Source of the DNA: an uncultured Pseudomonadota bacterium
Lineage (GTDB): Bacteria > Desulfobacterota > Binatia > Binatales > Binataceae
Assembly: GCA_963759165.1 (NCBI GenBank)
Contig: CAVWXK010000001.1
Span: 3,137,497-3,201,496 of the forward strand
Direction: 5' to 3'
DNA length: 64,000 nt
Shown here: positions 30,456 to 40,130 of the stretch, piece by piece
Numbering within the stretch: the stretch's first letter is position 1
How the letters are laid out: each line of letters opens with the position of its first letter
Made by a program: the position numbers and the translations under genes
The notes under the pieces: model-generated
What the model was told of the DNA's origin: nothing
The model's input: the letters and a program-made list of their open reading frames with translations, nothing else
The model's database searches: none

Positions 30456-30884
30456 TCAACTATCCCACTCTGACAACTCAAATTTCTTGCATTCCACGGG
30501 CGAGTCAGGGCTGTCCATCTTGTCTATGACCTTAACAAATCGGCCATCCGCGTATAGGTACGTTAGGATCGTTATGGCCTCGCCACGTCCTATACCAAGC
30601 CCTTCGAGACGGCGCTCGATGTCGTAGTATCCCTTGAATGCCTTAAGCTTCTCCTGATCGACAAAATATTCGTTCAGAATATCTTCCACGGCTTGCAACT
30701 TCGCCTCCGAAATGAATCCTATGCCCTTCAATTCCTCTTCGATCGAACGTTCGAAGCCGTTGAGAAGTCCATAGATATGCGCTTCGCGCGCCGGACAGGC
30801 GATCTTGTCGCCGCTTCGGTTTTCGATGCGATAGATCTCACCGAGGATCTTCCCCAAAAGGAGTTTGATTTGTTGATCTTCCAT
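30456..30884 (-). CDS. islet ORF B, hypothetical soluble acidic protein (142 aa)
   Basis: Starts 6 nt after the ORF A stop. Markedly AT-richer than the flanks. Sequence MEDQQIKLLLGKILGEIYRIENRSGDKIACPAREAHIYG.. carries no motif I recognise. Confidence 0.6.
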   Translation of the reverse strand: MEDQQIKLLLGKILGEIYRIENRSGDKIACPAREAHIYGLLNGFERSIEEELKGIGFISEAKLQAVEDILNEYFVDQEKLKAFKGYYDIERRLEGLGIGRGEAITILTYLYADGRFVKVIDKMDSPDSPVECKKFELSEWDS

Positions 30885-30890
30885 TGCCAG

Positions 30891-31376
30891 TCACCTCAGT
30901 CGCGTTTTGCGATCAAGTAGTCTTTTTGGGTAAGGCAGGAAACCCAAGAGGATTCGGTGGACCTCCCGTCCGGCCTGCCTTTTATCCTCAAAGGTCCGCG
31001 CTTGAGCGAGTTGTTCGATCGCGGGAGCAAGGGCCTCGCAGAGATTGGCCGCGGCGTTATCCGAGCCGTTTGCAAAGTGGTCCGATTGCTCCCTAAGGAA
31101 TACCAGGTACTCCTGAAGTTCCTCAGCGATGTCATGACAGTCAATGCCGCGCACCGTCGTCGCCGTGCAGGACGGTCCAAGCTTCCCGACAAGCTTTATG
31201 ACTTGCTGAGTCCGCGCGTGCACCTGAGAAAGTTCCGCAGTAGAAAAACGATCGACAATTTCCTGCCGCATCCGTTCGGCGTCATGAGCGGATGCGTGCG
31301 CGCGTCTCGCCTGCCGCCACGAGAGGAGCGCTCCGATGATAGAGGCCGCCGTGCCCGCGATCGTTAGTAAATCCAT
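30891..31376 (-). CDS. islet ORF A, hypothetical protein with one N-terminal TM helix (161 aa)
   Basis: MDLLTIAGTAASIIGALLSWRQARRA, then a helical region. The ATG lies only 13 nt downstream of the tRNA-Gly 3' end on the same strand. Confidence 0.6.
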   Translation of the reverse strand: MDLLTIAGTAASIIGALLSWRQARRAHASAHDAERMRQEIVDRFSTAELSQVHARTQQVIKLVGKLGPSCTATTVRGIDCHDIAEELQEYLVFLREQSDHFANGSDNAAANLCEALAPAIEQLAQARTFEDKRQAGREVHRILLGFLPYPKRLLDRKTRLR

Positions 31377-31389
31377 CGTTTAGTTTGCA

Positions 31390-31464
<75 letters not shown>

Positions 31465-31554
31465 TCGACTCGAAGTCTACGGCATTCCGTACCCGCCATT
31501 CAAACCCTTCGCGAACTCGACCGTTGTCGCTTTTTCGCCTACCATCATGCGAGC

Positions 31555-32502
31555 GTGAAGTTTCGAGCGATAAACCCCGGAAAGGCGCGGACGCGCAAGC
31601 TCAGCACGCTCTCGCGAATCGTGCGCCGCGAGGACTTCGCCAAGCCGCTCAAGGCCGGCGCCACGATGCGCGATTTTCTAGATTCGCTCCCCGATATCCT
31701 TGCCGCGCGCGAGCTGCGCGAACTGGCCCGCCGAATCGCACGCGCCCATCGCGCCCGCCGCCCGGTCCTGCTTCTGATGGGCGCGCATCCGATAAAGACC
31801 GGCCTCGGCCCGATAATCCGCGAGCTCCTGCGCGACGGAATCCTGAACGCGGTCGCGATGAACGGCGCGGCGATCATCCATGACTTCGAACTGGCGTTCG
31901 CGGGGCGCACTTCGGAAGACGTCGGCGAGGGGCTGGCCACCGGCGCGTTCGGGATGGCCGAAGAAACCGGCGCGTTCCTCAACCTCGCGGCGAAAATCGC
32001 CGCGCATGAGAACAAGGGTTTGGGCGAAGTCGTGGGGCGCGAGATCCTGAAATCGCGCCTGAAGTTCCGCGCGATGAGCGTGCTGGCGACCGCCTTCGAC
32101 GTCGGCGCGCCCGCGACCGTCCATGTCGCGCTCGGCGCGGATATCATCCATATGCATCCGGGCGCCGACGGCGGCGCGATCGGCCGCGCCACGATGGCCG
32201 ATTTCCATCGCCTGGCCTCGGTGGTCGGCGAACTGTCGCGCGGCGTGGCGATCAATCTCGGCTCCGCCGTCCTGATGCCGGAGGTTTTCGTCAAGGCGCT
32301 TAACCTTGCGCGCAACCTGGGGCGCAAGGTAACCAACTTCACCACCGCCGACATGGACTTCATCCGCCACTACCGGCCGCGGGTCAATGTGGTCGAGCGT
32401 CCGACCGCCGGCGGCGGCTGCGGGATCGTTTTGACCGGCCATCACGAGATAATGTTTCCGCTGCTCGTCGCCGCCACCCGCGAAGAGATCGCCCGTTCCT
32501 GA
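31555..32502 (+). CDS. conserved hypothetical protein, tentatively deoxyhypusine-synthase-like fold
   Basis: 315 aa. Segments LLLMGAHPIKTGL..GILNAVAMNGAAIIHDFELA and HVALGADIIHMHP resemble the DHS-like family. This is from memory only and is not verified. Confidence 0.4.
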   Translation: MKFRAINPGKARTRKLSTLSRIVRREDFAKPLKAGATMRDFLDSLPDILAARELRELARRIARAHRARRPVLLLMGAHPIKTGLGPIIRELLRDGILNAVAMNGAAIIHDFELAFAGRTSEDVGEGLATGAFGMAEETGAFLNLAAKIAAHENKGLGEVVGREILKSRLKFRAMSVLATAFDVGAPATVHVALGADIIHMHPGADGGAIGRATMADFHRLASVVGELSRGVAINLGSAVLMPEVFVKALNLARNLGRKVTNFTTADMDFIRHYRPRVNVVERPTAGGGCGIVLTGHHEIMFPLLVAATREEIARS

Positions 32503-32504
32503 GC

Positions 32505-33326
32505 ATGGCGGCCAGCCGCACCAGCAAATTTCCAATCGCGATGTTGACCGACTTCGGCTATCGCGATCATTACGCCGGCGTGATGCGCGGCGTGATTGCG
32601 TCGATCGCGCCGGCAGCGCCGGTGATCGACATCACGCACGGAATCCCCGCGCAATCGGTGTGCGCCGGAGCGCTTATCCTCCGCGAGAGCCGGCGCTACT
32701 TTCCGCCGAAAACGATCTTCGTCGCGATCGTCGATCCGGGGGTCGGCACGACGCGCCGTCCGATCGCGGTCGAGACTTCATCGGGCGCGCGCTTCGTCGG
32801 TCCCGACAACGGATTGCTGTGGCCCGCCGTCGAGCAGGCGGGCTATCGGCGCGCGGTCGAGCTTCGCTCGCCGCGCTATCGGCTGAAGAACGTGAGCGCC
32901 ACTTTTCATGGGCGCGACATCTTCGCTCCCGCCGCCGCCCATCTGTGGCTCGGTACGCGGCTCACGGCGCTTGGCCCTTCGCTCAAGCAAATCGAAAGAC
33001 TCGCGCTGGGAGAGGTCGAGCAAGGCTCTGAGGCGCTTTGCGGTTCGATTATCTACGTGGACGGCTTCGGCAATCTGGTGAGCGATATCGACCGCGAATC
33101 TTTCGAGCGCTTCGAGGCTTCCTTTCCAAGCCAAAACCTTTTCGTTACTATCGAGACTGGCCCGCCGATAGAATTGCGCGAGACTTACGGCGACGCCCCT
33201 GAAGGAAATCTACTGGCCCTGTTCGGCAGCTTTCAAATGCTCGAGATTGCGGTGCGCGGGGGCAGCGCAGCCGAGCGTCTGGCCGTGCGTCCCGGAGCGC
33301 GGGTGATGGTGCGTATCAAGCGATGA
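32505..33326 (+). CDS. SAM hydroxide adenosyltransferase family protein (DUF62, chlorinase/fluorinase-like)
   Basis: LTDFGYRDHYAGVMRGVI, VDPGVGTTRRPI, GPDNGLL and FHGRDIFAPAAAHL motifs. Confidence 0.8.
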   Translation: MAASRTSKFPIAMLTDFGYRDHYAGVMRGVIASIAPAAPVIDITHGIPAQSVCAGALILRESRRYFPPKTIFVAIVDPGVGTTRRPIAVETSSGARFVGPDNGLLWPAVEQAGYRRAVELRSPRYRLKNVSATFHGRDIFAPAAAHLWLGTRLTALGPSLKQIERLALGEVEQGSEALCGSIIYVDGFGNLVSDIDRESFERFEASFPSQNLFVTIETGPPIELRETYGDAPEGNLLALFGSFQMLEIAVRGGSAAERLAVRPGARVMVRIKR

Positions 33327-34402
33327 ATGAGGAAAAGACTCCGCCGCCGGTTGCCTCGGGAGAGGGTACTCCCTCGACTCCCGTGCTTACCGAGTTTCCG
33401 CGCTACAGTCCGCCGCCCTCGGCGACGACCGAACTGGTGTGGCCGCGGAAGATTTCGAACCTCAATATCGGGCTGTTCCTGCTGACGCTGCTCACCACCA
33501 CGATGGCCGGCGCTTACAACGCCGGAGTCGAAAGCCCGCTGACGAGCATCACCGGTCTGGCGCAGGGACTTTCGTTCTCGCTGCCACTGATGGCGATTCT
33601 GCTGTTCCACGAGCTCGGCCACTACATCACGGCGCGGCGCAATCAGGTCAATACCAGCCTGCCCTACTTCATCCCGGCGCCGTTTCCGTCGGTCTTCATA
33701 ATCGGAACTTTCGGCGCGTTCATCCGGATGAAGTCGCCGCCGCGCTCGCGTCGCGTGATGTTCGATGTCGGCGCGATGGGTCCGTGGGCCGGGATGCTGC
33801 TCGCGGTTCCGGCGGTGATCATCGGGCTTAAACTCTCCGAAATCCTTCCGCTGGAGAAAGGCACGGGCGGCCTGGAACTCGGCAATTCGATTCTCTTCTG
33901 GTCGCTCTCGCGCTGGGTGCTGGGAGTCGACCCCAACAGCGTCACGGTGAATCTGCATCCGATCGCGTTCGCCGGATGGATCGGACTGTTCGTCACGGCG
34001 CTCAACCTGCTACCGGTCGGACAACTCGACGGCGGCCACGTGATCTATGCGCTTTTCGGCCGACGCCATCGCACGATTTCGCGCCTGTTCGTGCTCGCCT
34101 GCGTAATGATGGTGGTGGTGCCGTACCTGGTCGGTTGGTCCTTCTGGACCGGATGGCTGTTGTGGTCGGTGCTGCTGCTGTTCCTCGGGCTGGGCCATCC
34201 CTCGACGGTCGACGTCGATACTCCCCTCGATAAACCCCGGCGGATGGCTGCCTGGCTGACGATCGTATTGTTCGCGGTGACGTTCAGCCCGGTGCCGCTC
34301 TCGTTCACACCGCCGCCGATGCAACCGCCCAAAGAGCGGACCTACGACGTAATCTATCCGCTTCCGGCGCATCATCAGCCGCCAATGCGGTTCCCGATCT
34401 GA
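33323..34402 (+). CDS. site-2 protease family (M50) membrane metalloprotease
   Basis: HELGHY zinc motif and NLLPVGQLDGGHV motif, with multiple TM segments. The start overlaps the previous stop (ATGA). Confidence 0.85.
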   Translation: MNEEKTPPPVASGEGTPSTPVLTEFPRYSPPPSATTELVWPRKISNLNIGLFLLTLLTTTMAGAYNAGVESPLTSITGLAQGLSFSLPLMAILLFHELGHYITARRNQVNTSLPYFIPAPFPSVFIIGTFGAFIRMKSPPRSRRVMFDVGAMGPWAGMLLAVPAVIIGLKLSEILPLEKGTGGLELGNSILFWSLSRWVLGVDPNSVTVNLHPIAFAGWIGLFVTALNLLPVGQLDGGHVIYALFGRRHRTISRLFVLACVMMVVVPYLVGWSFWTGWLLWSVLLLFLGLGHPSTVDVDTPLDKPRRMAAWLTIVLFAVTFSPVPLSFTPPPMQPPKERTYDVIYPLPAHHQPPMRFPI

Positions 34403-34451
34403 GGTGCGCGATGAGACAGTCGACCAGCCACCGCAATCGGTCCGCGAGATC

Positions 34452-34922
34452 ATGAAGCGTCCGACCTGGGATCAATACTTTATGACCATCACGCGCCAAG
34501 TCGCGGAGCGCTCGACCTGCCTGCGCGCCAAGGTCGGGGCGGTGATCGTGCGCGACCGCAATATCGTGGCCACCGGCTACAACGGCTCGCCTGCCGGTCT
34601 GCCGCACTGCAGTGAGGTCGGATGCCTGATCTACGAATCGCGCACGCCCGACGGCGAAATCGAAACCAACTGCTACCGCACGATCCACGCCGAAATTAAC
34701 GCGATCACACAGGCCGCCAGGAACGGCGCCCCGATCCGCGACGCCGACATCTACGTGACCCATACCCCGTGCATCCACTGCATGAAAGTGTTAATCAACA
34801 CCGGCGTCCGCAACATCTATTTCGAGAAAGAATATAAGTTGCATACCGTGGCCGATTTGCTGAAGTACTCGAAGATCAAACTGGTCCAGGTTGTTCCGGA
34901 GAACGGCGATGCCGCGAATTAA
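34452..34922 (+). CDS. dCMP deaminase (ComEB-like)
   Basis: RPTWDQYFM, HAEINAI and PCIHCMK zinc-ligand motifs. The ORF is open from GTG 34404; ATG 34452 is preferred. Confidence 0.85.
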   Translation: MKRPTWDQYFMTITRQVAERSTCLRAKVGAVIVRDRNIVATGYNGSPAGLPHCSEVGCLIYESRTPDGEIETNCYRTIHAEINAITQAARNGAPIRDADIYVTHTPCIHCMKVLINTGVRNIYFEKEYKLHTVADLLKYSKIKLVQVVPENGDAAN

Positions 34923-35220
34923 GCTCGCGTCGTATCGAGCGAGGATCGCGATTTCCGCGGGCGCGGCGCTGCTGTCACTGGCGCTCGCGGCCTGCCAATC
35001 GAAATTGCCGGAACAGGATAGTCCCGCGGCGCAGCTTTACGTTCAACGATGCGGCGGATGCCACGCGGCGTACAATCCACGCGCCATGACGCCCGCGATG
35101 TGGACCGCGCAGGTAAGGCTGATGGAAGACAAGATCCGTAAGAGCGGGCTCCCGCCGCTCAGCGCCGAGCAAAGCAAAACGATCCTCGACTACCTTACGC
35201 GCAACTCGGCAACCAACTAG
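34909..35220 (+). CDS. small c-type cytochrome lipoprotein
   Basis: Lipobox LALAAC and a single heme motif CGGCH. The start overlaps the dCMP deaminase end. Confidence 0.65.
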   Translation: MPRIKLASYRARIAISAGAALLSLALAACQSKLPEQDSPAAQLYVQRCGGCHAAYNPRAMTPAMWTAQVRLMEDKIRKSGLPPLSAEQSKTILDYLTRNSATN

Positions 35221-35309
35221 AACCGTCGCACGGATACCACGCGGGCAGAATGGAGAAGGCATCTCAGTAATATGGCTGCCTCTCTTTTTCTTCTCGTTCC
35301 ATTTTTCCT

Positions 35310-35336
35310 GTCATTCCGGGCACAGCGAGGAATCCC
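35310..35336. repeat. diverged family-1 repeat copy
   Basis: gtcattccgggcacagcgaggaatccc resembles gtcgttccgagcgcagcgaggaattcc at 55476. Confidence 0.55.
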
Positions 35337-35396
35337 GAAAGCGCTCACGGTATCCAAACCGGATTCGTTTGCTTGCGGCGCGCGGCCATCTCGAAA

Positions 35397-36866
35397 ATGG
35401 AAATCCTCGTAACCAATCAGGCTCCGGAAGAAATCGAGGTCGACTTGCTAGTCGTGGGCGTCCGGCCCGACGCCGCTTACGGAAGACCGGTCGAACGTCT
35501 CGATGAGCTGACGCACGGCGCGATCCGGCGCGAGCTGGACGCGCGCGGATTCGACGCTCGCGCTGGCGCACAGGTGAGCCTGCCGGCCTACGGCGCGATC
35601 CAGCCGCGCAATCTGCTCCTGTACGGCCTCGGACGGGGCGAACCCGCGGACGAAGAATTCCGTCTTATGGCGGCGGCCGCGATTGCGGGTGCTCGCGCGA
35701 TTCGCGGTCGCACCGCGGCGATCGCGCTGGACGGCGGCCCGGTCGCGGGCACAACGCTCACTGCCATCGCCGAAGGCGCGGAACTCACCGCCTATCGCTT
35801 CGGCCGGTTCAAGAGCCGCATCGACGATGCCGAACTATCCAGGCTTCTGATCGTGACCGCCGCGAGCGGCGCCGACGGCGCTCGACAGATCGAGGCGGGG
35901 CGGCGGATGGCGGCTGCCACCAATCTCGCCCGCAACCTCATCAATACGCCCGCCGCCGAAGCGACTCCGGAATTTCTGGCCGACGCGGCCGCGAGTATCG
36001 CCACGCGCGACGAGATGGAATGCGAGATTCACGATCGCGCCGGAATCGAGCGGCTCGGGATGGGCGCGTTGCTGGGCGTAGCCAAAGCGAGTCCGCGCGA
36101 ACCGCGATTCATCGTGATGCGCTACAAGCCGTCGCAAACGAGCAACGGTCATATCGCGCTGGTCGGCAAGGGAATCACCTTCGATTCCGGCGGGCTCAAT
36201 CTGAAAAGCGCGGCCGCGATGGAAGAACAGAAGCGCGACATGACCGGAGCGGCGATCATGATCGCGGTGATGAGCGAGCTTCGATGGTTCAATCCGGCGA
36301 TCGAAGTCCGCGCCTACCTGCCCTGCACCGAGAACATGGTCGGTCCGGCCGCGATCAAACCCGGCGACGTGCTGCGCTCGCGCCTTGGCAAAACGATCGA
36401 GGTGATGAACACCGACGCCGAAGGACGCCTGGTTCTGGCGGACGCGATAGCCTACGCGTGCGAGGCGAAACCCGACGTCGTGATCGACGCCGGCACGCTC
36501 ACCGCCGCGGTCCGGGCGGCACTGGGCACCAAGGTCGGCGCGATCCTGGGCAACGATCCAAAGCTGATCGAGCGTATCCGTGAAGCCGGGCGCGTTGTCG
36601 GCGAGTCATTGTGGGAGTTGCCGCTGGTCACCGAGTACGCCGAGGAGCTGCGCGGCTCGATCGCCGATCTGCGCAACGTCGGCACCAGCGGGAACGCCGG
36701 CACGATCATTTGCGCGCTGTTTCTCAAGGAGTTCATGAGCTGCCCGTCGTGGGCACATCTCGATCTTTCGGGCGTCTCGTTTTCCAAACAGTCGTCGCCG
36801 CTCGGCCCCGCGGGCGCGGTCGGCTTTGGCGTGCGCACGATCTTGCGCTATCTGATAGGTCAGTGA
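35397..36866 (+). CDS. pepA: leucyl aminopeptidase (M17)
   Basis: VGKGITFDSGG, NTDAEGRLVLADA and the family-typical C-terminal domain. Start placed at MEILV. Confidence 0.85.
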   Translation: MEILVTNQAPEEIEVDLLVVGVRPDAAYGRPVERLDELTHGAIRRELDARGFDARAGAQVSLPAYGAIQPRNLLLYGLGRGEPADEEFRLMAAAAIAGARAIRGRTAAIALDGGPVAGTTLTAIAEGAELTAYRFGRFKSRIDDAELSRLLIVTAASGADGARQIEAGRRMAAATNLARNLINTPAAEATPEFLADAAASIATRDEMECEIHDRAGIERLGMGALLGVAKASPREPRFIVMRYKPSQTSNGHIALVGKGITFDSGGLNLKSAAAMEEQKRDMTGAAIMIAVMSELRWFNPAIEVRAYLPCTENMVGPAAIKPGDVLRSRLGKTIEVMNTDAEGRLVLADAIAYACEAKPDVVIDAGTLTAAVRAALGTKVGAILGNDPKLIERIREAGRVVGESLWELPLVTEYAEELRGSIADLRNVGTSGNAGTIICALFLKEFMSCPSWAHLDLSGVSFSKQSSPLGPAGAVGFGVRTILRYLIGQ

Positions 36867-36874
36867 GGAATTCG

Positions 36875-37483
36875 ATGGACAAGGAAATCGAAGTCAAACT
36901 CTACTACGACTACAAGAGCCCGTTCACGTACCTCGCGATGGAACCGGCGTACGCGCTGGAGAAGAGCCATCGCGTGCGGATGCGCTTCGTTCCGTTCGAG
37001 ATCGATATTCGCGGCGCGTTCGGCGGCGATTTGGACGAGCGGCCGGAAAAAGCCTGGCGCAAGGTGCGATATCTCTACCTCGATGCGCGCCGCTACGCCA
37101 ACGAGCGCGGCCTGACGATTCGCGGGCCGCAGAAAATTTTCGACTCCCGCCTTTCGCTGACCGGCGGCCTCTACGCCGACCGTCACGGAAAGTTTCGGCC
37201 CTACTCCGATCGCGTCTTCGAGCGTTTCTTCAAGCGCGAATTGAATATCGAGGAGCCCAAGGCGCTGGAAGCGCTGATCGCCGAGATCGGCCTCGACCCC
37301 GCGGACTTCAGACGCTATGCGGAAAAAGAAGGCCCGGCGGATCTCGCCCGATGCGCCGCCGAAGCGGAACGCGATCAGATCTTCGGTGTCCCGACCTTCG
37401 TCGTCGAGGGCGAGCCGTTTTGGGGAAACGACCGGGTCGATTTCGTGATCAGGAAGCTCGATAAAATGGGGCTGCGCCGCTAA
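36875..37483 (+). CDS. DsbA-fold 2-hydroxychromene-2-carboxylate isomerase family protein
   Basis: LYYDYKSPFTYLA N-terminus and FGVPTFVVEGEPFWGNDR C-terminal motif. Confidence 0.75.
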   Translation: MDKEIEVKLYYDYKSPFTYLAMEPAYALEKSHRVRMRFVPFEIDIRGAFGGDLDERPEKAWRKVRYLYLDARRYANERGLTIRGPQKIFDSRLSLTGGLYADRHGKFRPYSDRVFERFFKRELNIEEPKALEALIAEIGLDPADFRRYAEKEGPADLARCAAEAERDQIFGVPTFVVEGEPFWGNDRVDFVIRKLDKMGLRR

Positions 37484-37519
37484 CGCACGGCATCTTTTCT
37501 TTTCCGGCGAGTTGCTTCG

Positions 37520-37554
37520 CCCTCTCCCTGACCAGGGAGAGGGCCAGGGTGAGG
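37520..37554. repeat. REP-like palindromic element (family 2)
   Basis: ccctctccctgaccagggagaggg plus ccagggtgagg, in the intergenic gap before the thioesterase gene. Confidence 0.8.
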
Positions 37555-37560
37555 TCTTCT

Positions 37561-37971
37561 ATGCGCGACGTGCCTGTGGGAACCAAGGGAACCTATATCT
37601 TCACGGTATCGGATCAGCATCTGGCGAACGCGACGAACCCCGCCGATCCGATCCTGCTTCCGGTACTCGCGAGCAAAGAGATGATCCTCGCGATGGAGTT
37701 CGCCGCGATGGACGCGATCCGTCCGTTCCTCGATCCCGGCGAAACCTCGGCCGGCATCTCCTTCGACGTTCAGCATCTGGCCGCCACACCTCCCGGCCAT
37801 CGCGTGCGCGCCGAGGCCGAGGTTATCAAGCAGGATGGCAAGCGGCTCGAATTCAAAGTTCGCGCCGACGACGAAATCGAAGAGATCGGCTCGGGCATCC
37901 ATCGCCGCGGGGTGATCGATCTCGCCAAATTTCAGGCGCGAGTGAAGACCAAGATAAAGGCCGCATCGTGA
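37561..37971 (+). CDS. hotdog-fold thioesterase (FlK-like)
   Basis: About 136 aa. GTKGTYIFTVSDQH..SKEMILAMEFAA..HLAATPPGHRVRAEAEV pattern is typical of the small thioesterase family. Confidence 0.6.
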   Translation: MRDVPVGTKGTYIFTVSDQHLANATNPADPILLPVLASKEMILAMEFAAMDAIRPFLDPGETSAGISFDVQHLAATPPGHRVRAEAEVIKQDGKRLEFKVRADDEIEEIGSGIHRRGVIDLAKFQARVKTKIKAAS

Positions 37972-38014
37972 GCGCAAGCGAAATGCCGCCGGCCATGAAA
38001 GCTCGACTCGTGCG

Positions 38015-38758
38015 ATGAGCCAGAACTGGGATCCCAATCGTTACGCCGCCAGCGCGAGATTCGTCGCGGAGTTGGGCGAGCCGCTGATCGCCCTGATAGC
38101 CGCCAGGCCCGGCGAGCGCATCCTCGATCTCGGATGCGGCGACGGCGCCTTTACCGAAAAAGTCGCCGCCACAGGCGCGACCGTAGTCGGCGTCGACGCG
38201 AGCCCGGAGATGGTCGCGGCGGCGCGCGCCCGCGGACTCGACGCGCGGGCGATGGACGGGCAGGCGCTCGATTTCGAGCGCGAGTTCGACGCGGTAATCT
38301 CCAACGCCGCGATGCATTGGATGCCGCGAGCGGATGCGGTGCTCAAGGGCGTGCGCCGCGCGCTCAAGCCGCATGGCTGGTTGGTCGCGGAATTCGGCGG
38401 CGCCGGCAATATCGCAATCGTAATCGAAGCGCTGCTCGAGGTGATGGGCCGCCGCGGTATCGACGCCCGGCCTCTCATCCCCTGGTACTACCCCACGCCC
38501 GATGAGTATCGGAACCTGCTGGCGGACAGCGGCTTTACCGTAGAGAGTATCGAGCTGTTTTCCCGTCCGACGACGCTTCCCGGCGAGCTGGCCGATTGGC
38601 TCGAAACTTTCGCCGGCGCTTTTCTGAATGCGGTGCCGCGCTCGGAGCGCGACGCGGTAAAGCGCGAGATGACCGAACTCCTCGCGCCGAAGCTCAGGGA
38701 TCGCTCCGGCAAGTGGACGCTCGACTACGTTCGCCTGCGCGTCGTCGCGCACATCTGA
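38015..38758 (+). CDS. class I SAM-dependent methyltransferase
   Basis: Motif I ILDLGCGDG and post-I VVGVDASPEM. Trans-aconitate-methyltransferase-like N-terminus WDPNRYA. Confidence 0.8.
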   Translation: MSQNWDPNRYAASARFVAELGEPLIALIAARPGERILDLGCGDGAFTEKVAATGATVVGVDASPEMVAAARARGLDARAMDGQALDFEREFDAVISNAAMHWMPRADAVLKGVRRALKPHGWLVAEFGGAGNIAIVIEALLEVMGRRGIDARPLIPWYYPTPDEYRNLLADSGFTVESIELFSRPTTLPGELADWLETFAGAFLNAVPRSERDAVKREMTELLAPKLRDRSGKWTLDYVRLRVVAHI

Positions 38759-38776
38759 AGATCGTCGGTTCGCGAG

Positions 38777-40108
38777 CTACGGCGCGGTGAGTGCTTCGAT
38801 ATCCGCGATTTGCTTGGGAGCGGCGGCCGTCAGAACCTCGTGACCGTCGGACGTGACCAGCAGGTCATCCTCGATTCGGATACCGATGCCGCGCATTTCC
38901 TCCGGAACGGTGTCGTCATCGGCGCCGATGTAGATTCCCGGTTCGACCGTGAGCACCATCCCGGCTTCGAGCCGCCGCGATTCGCCGCCCTTGCGATAGT
39001 GGCCGACGTTGTGAACGTCCATGCCGAGCCAGTGGCTGGTGCGATGCATGTAGAAGCGGCCGTAAGTGCGCGCCGAGAGGATTTCGTCGGTCGAGCCGCC
39101 TATCATCTTCATCGAGCGCATGCCCTCGACCAGAACGCGCAGCGCGGCGTCGTGGACGTCCTCCACCCGCACACCGATCCTTACCGAATCGATCGCCTTT
39201 AGCTGGGCGTCGAGCACGATCGAGTAAAGCTCGCGCTGAAGCTGGTTGAAGCGCGCGGCCACGGGAAAGGTGCGGCTGATATCGGCGGTGTAATAGTCGT
39301 ATTCGCAGCCGGCGTCGATCAAAAGCAGTTCGCCCTGGCGCAACTCGCGGTCATTGTCGATGTGGTGCAGGATGGTCGCGTTCGGTCCGGAGGCGACGAT
39401 AGACGGATAGCCGGGGCCGGCCGCGCCCTGCGAGCGGAAGGTGTAATCGATCGCCGCTTCAATCGCCCATTCCATCACGCCGCCGCGCGCCTCGCGCATC
39501 GCGCGCGCATGCGCCTGGGAGCTGATCGCGGCCGCGCGACGCATCCGCTCCAGCTCCGCGGGATCCTTGAACAGCCGCATCTCGTGGATAATTTCACGGG
39601 GATCGAGCAGAGCGCTCGGGCTCGCGTCGACCCGGGGGCGGATCGCCTGGCACTTCCGCATCAGGTCGACCATCCGCCCGTTCATCTTCTCATTGAGGCC
39701 GAGCGGGTAATGGACGCGGTCGACGTTTTCGAGATAGCGCGGCAAGACGCGGTCGAGTTCCTCGATCGCGTACGCCTTGTCGGCGCCGTATTCGAGCATC
39801 GCGCCCTCGACGCCGGCGCGCTTTCCGGTCCAGGTTTCCCGCTCCTTGTCGCGCGGGCGGACAAAGAGCACGAACTCGCCATCCTTATGGCCGGGCGCGA
39901 ACACCGCCACCGACTCGGGCTCGGAAAAGCCGGTCAGGTAGTAGAAGTCGCTGTCCTGACGGTACGCATACTCGACGTCATTGGAGCGCACCGAGATCGG
40001 CGCGCTCGGAAGCACCGCCGCGCCGCCCGCGATCGCCTCGATGAAGCGCTTGCGGCGGTTGCGGAAAATGTCGGTGCTATTGTTTGCGCTCATGTCATCC
40101 AGAAACAT
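38777..40108 (-). CDS. pepP: Xaa-Pro aminopeptidase (M24B)
   Basis: AMP_N-type N-terminal domain (YRQDSDFYYLTGF). Metal ligands in DAGCEYDYYTADISRT, HWLGMDVHN, EPGIY and GIRIEDD. Confidence 0.85.
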   Translation of the reverse strand: MFLDDMSANNSTDIFRNRRKRFIEAIAGGAAVLPSAPISVRSNDVEYAYRQDSDFYYLTGFSEPESVAVFAPGHKDGEFVLFVRPRDKERETWTGKRAGVEGAMLEYGADKAYAIEELDRVLPRYLENVDRVHYPLGLNEKMNGRMVDLMRKCQAIRPRVDASPSALLDPREIIHEMRLFKDPAELERMRRAAAISSQAHARAMREARGGVMEWAIEAAIDYTFRSQGAAGPGYPSIVASGPNATILHHIDNDRELRQGELLLIDAGCEYDYYTADISRTFPVAARFNQLQRELYSIVLDAQLKAIDSVRIGVRVEDVHDAALRVLVEGMRSMKMIGGSTDEILSARTYGRFYMHRTSHWLGMDVHNVGHYRKGGESRRLEAGMVLTVEPGIYIGADDDTVPEEMRGIGIRIEDDLLVTSDGHEVLTAAAPKQIADIEALTAP

Positions 40109-40130
40109 ACGCCGCCGTCGCGCCGAGGTG

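Noticed and set aside
31545-32535. Two minus-strand ORFs of 272 and 285 aa
   Set aside because: They are antisense to, or in alternative frames of, the plus-strand 315-aa gene. Their translations are Arg/Ala-rich.
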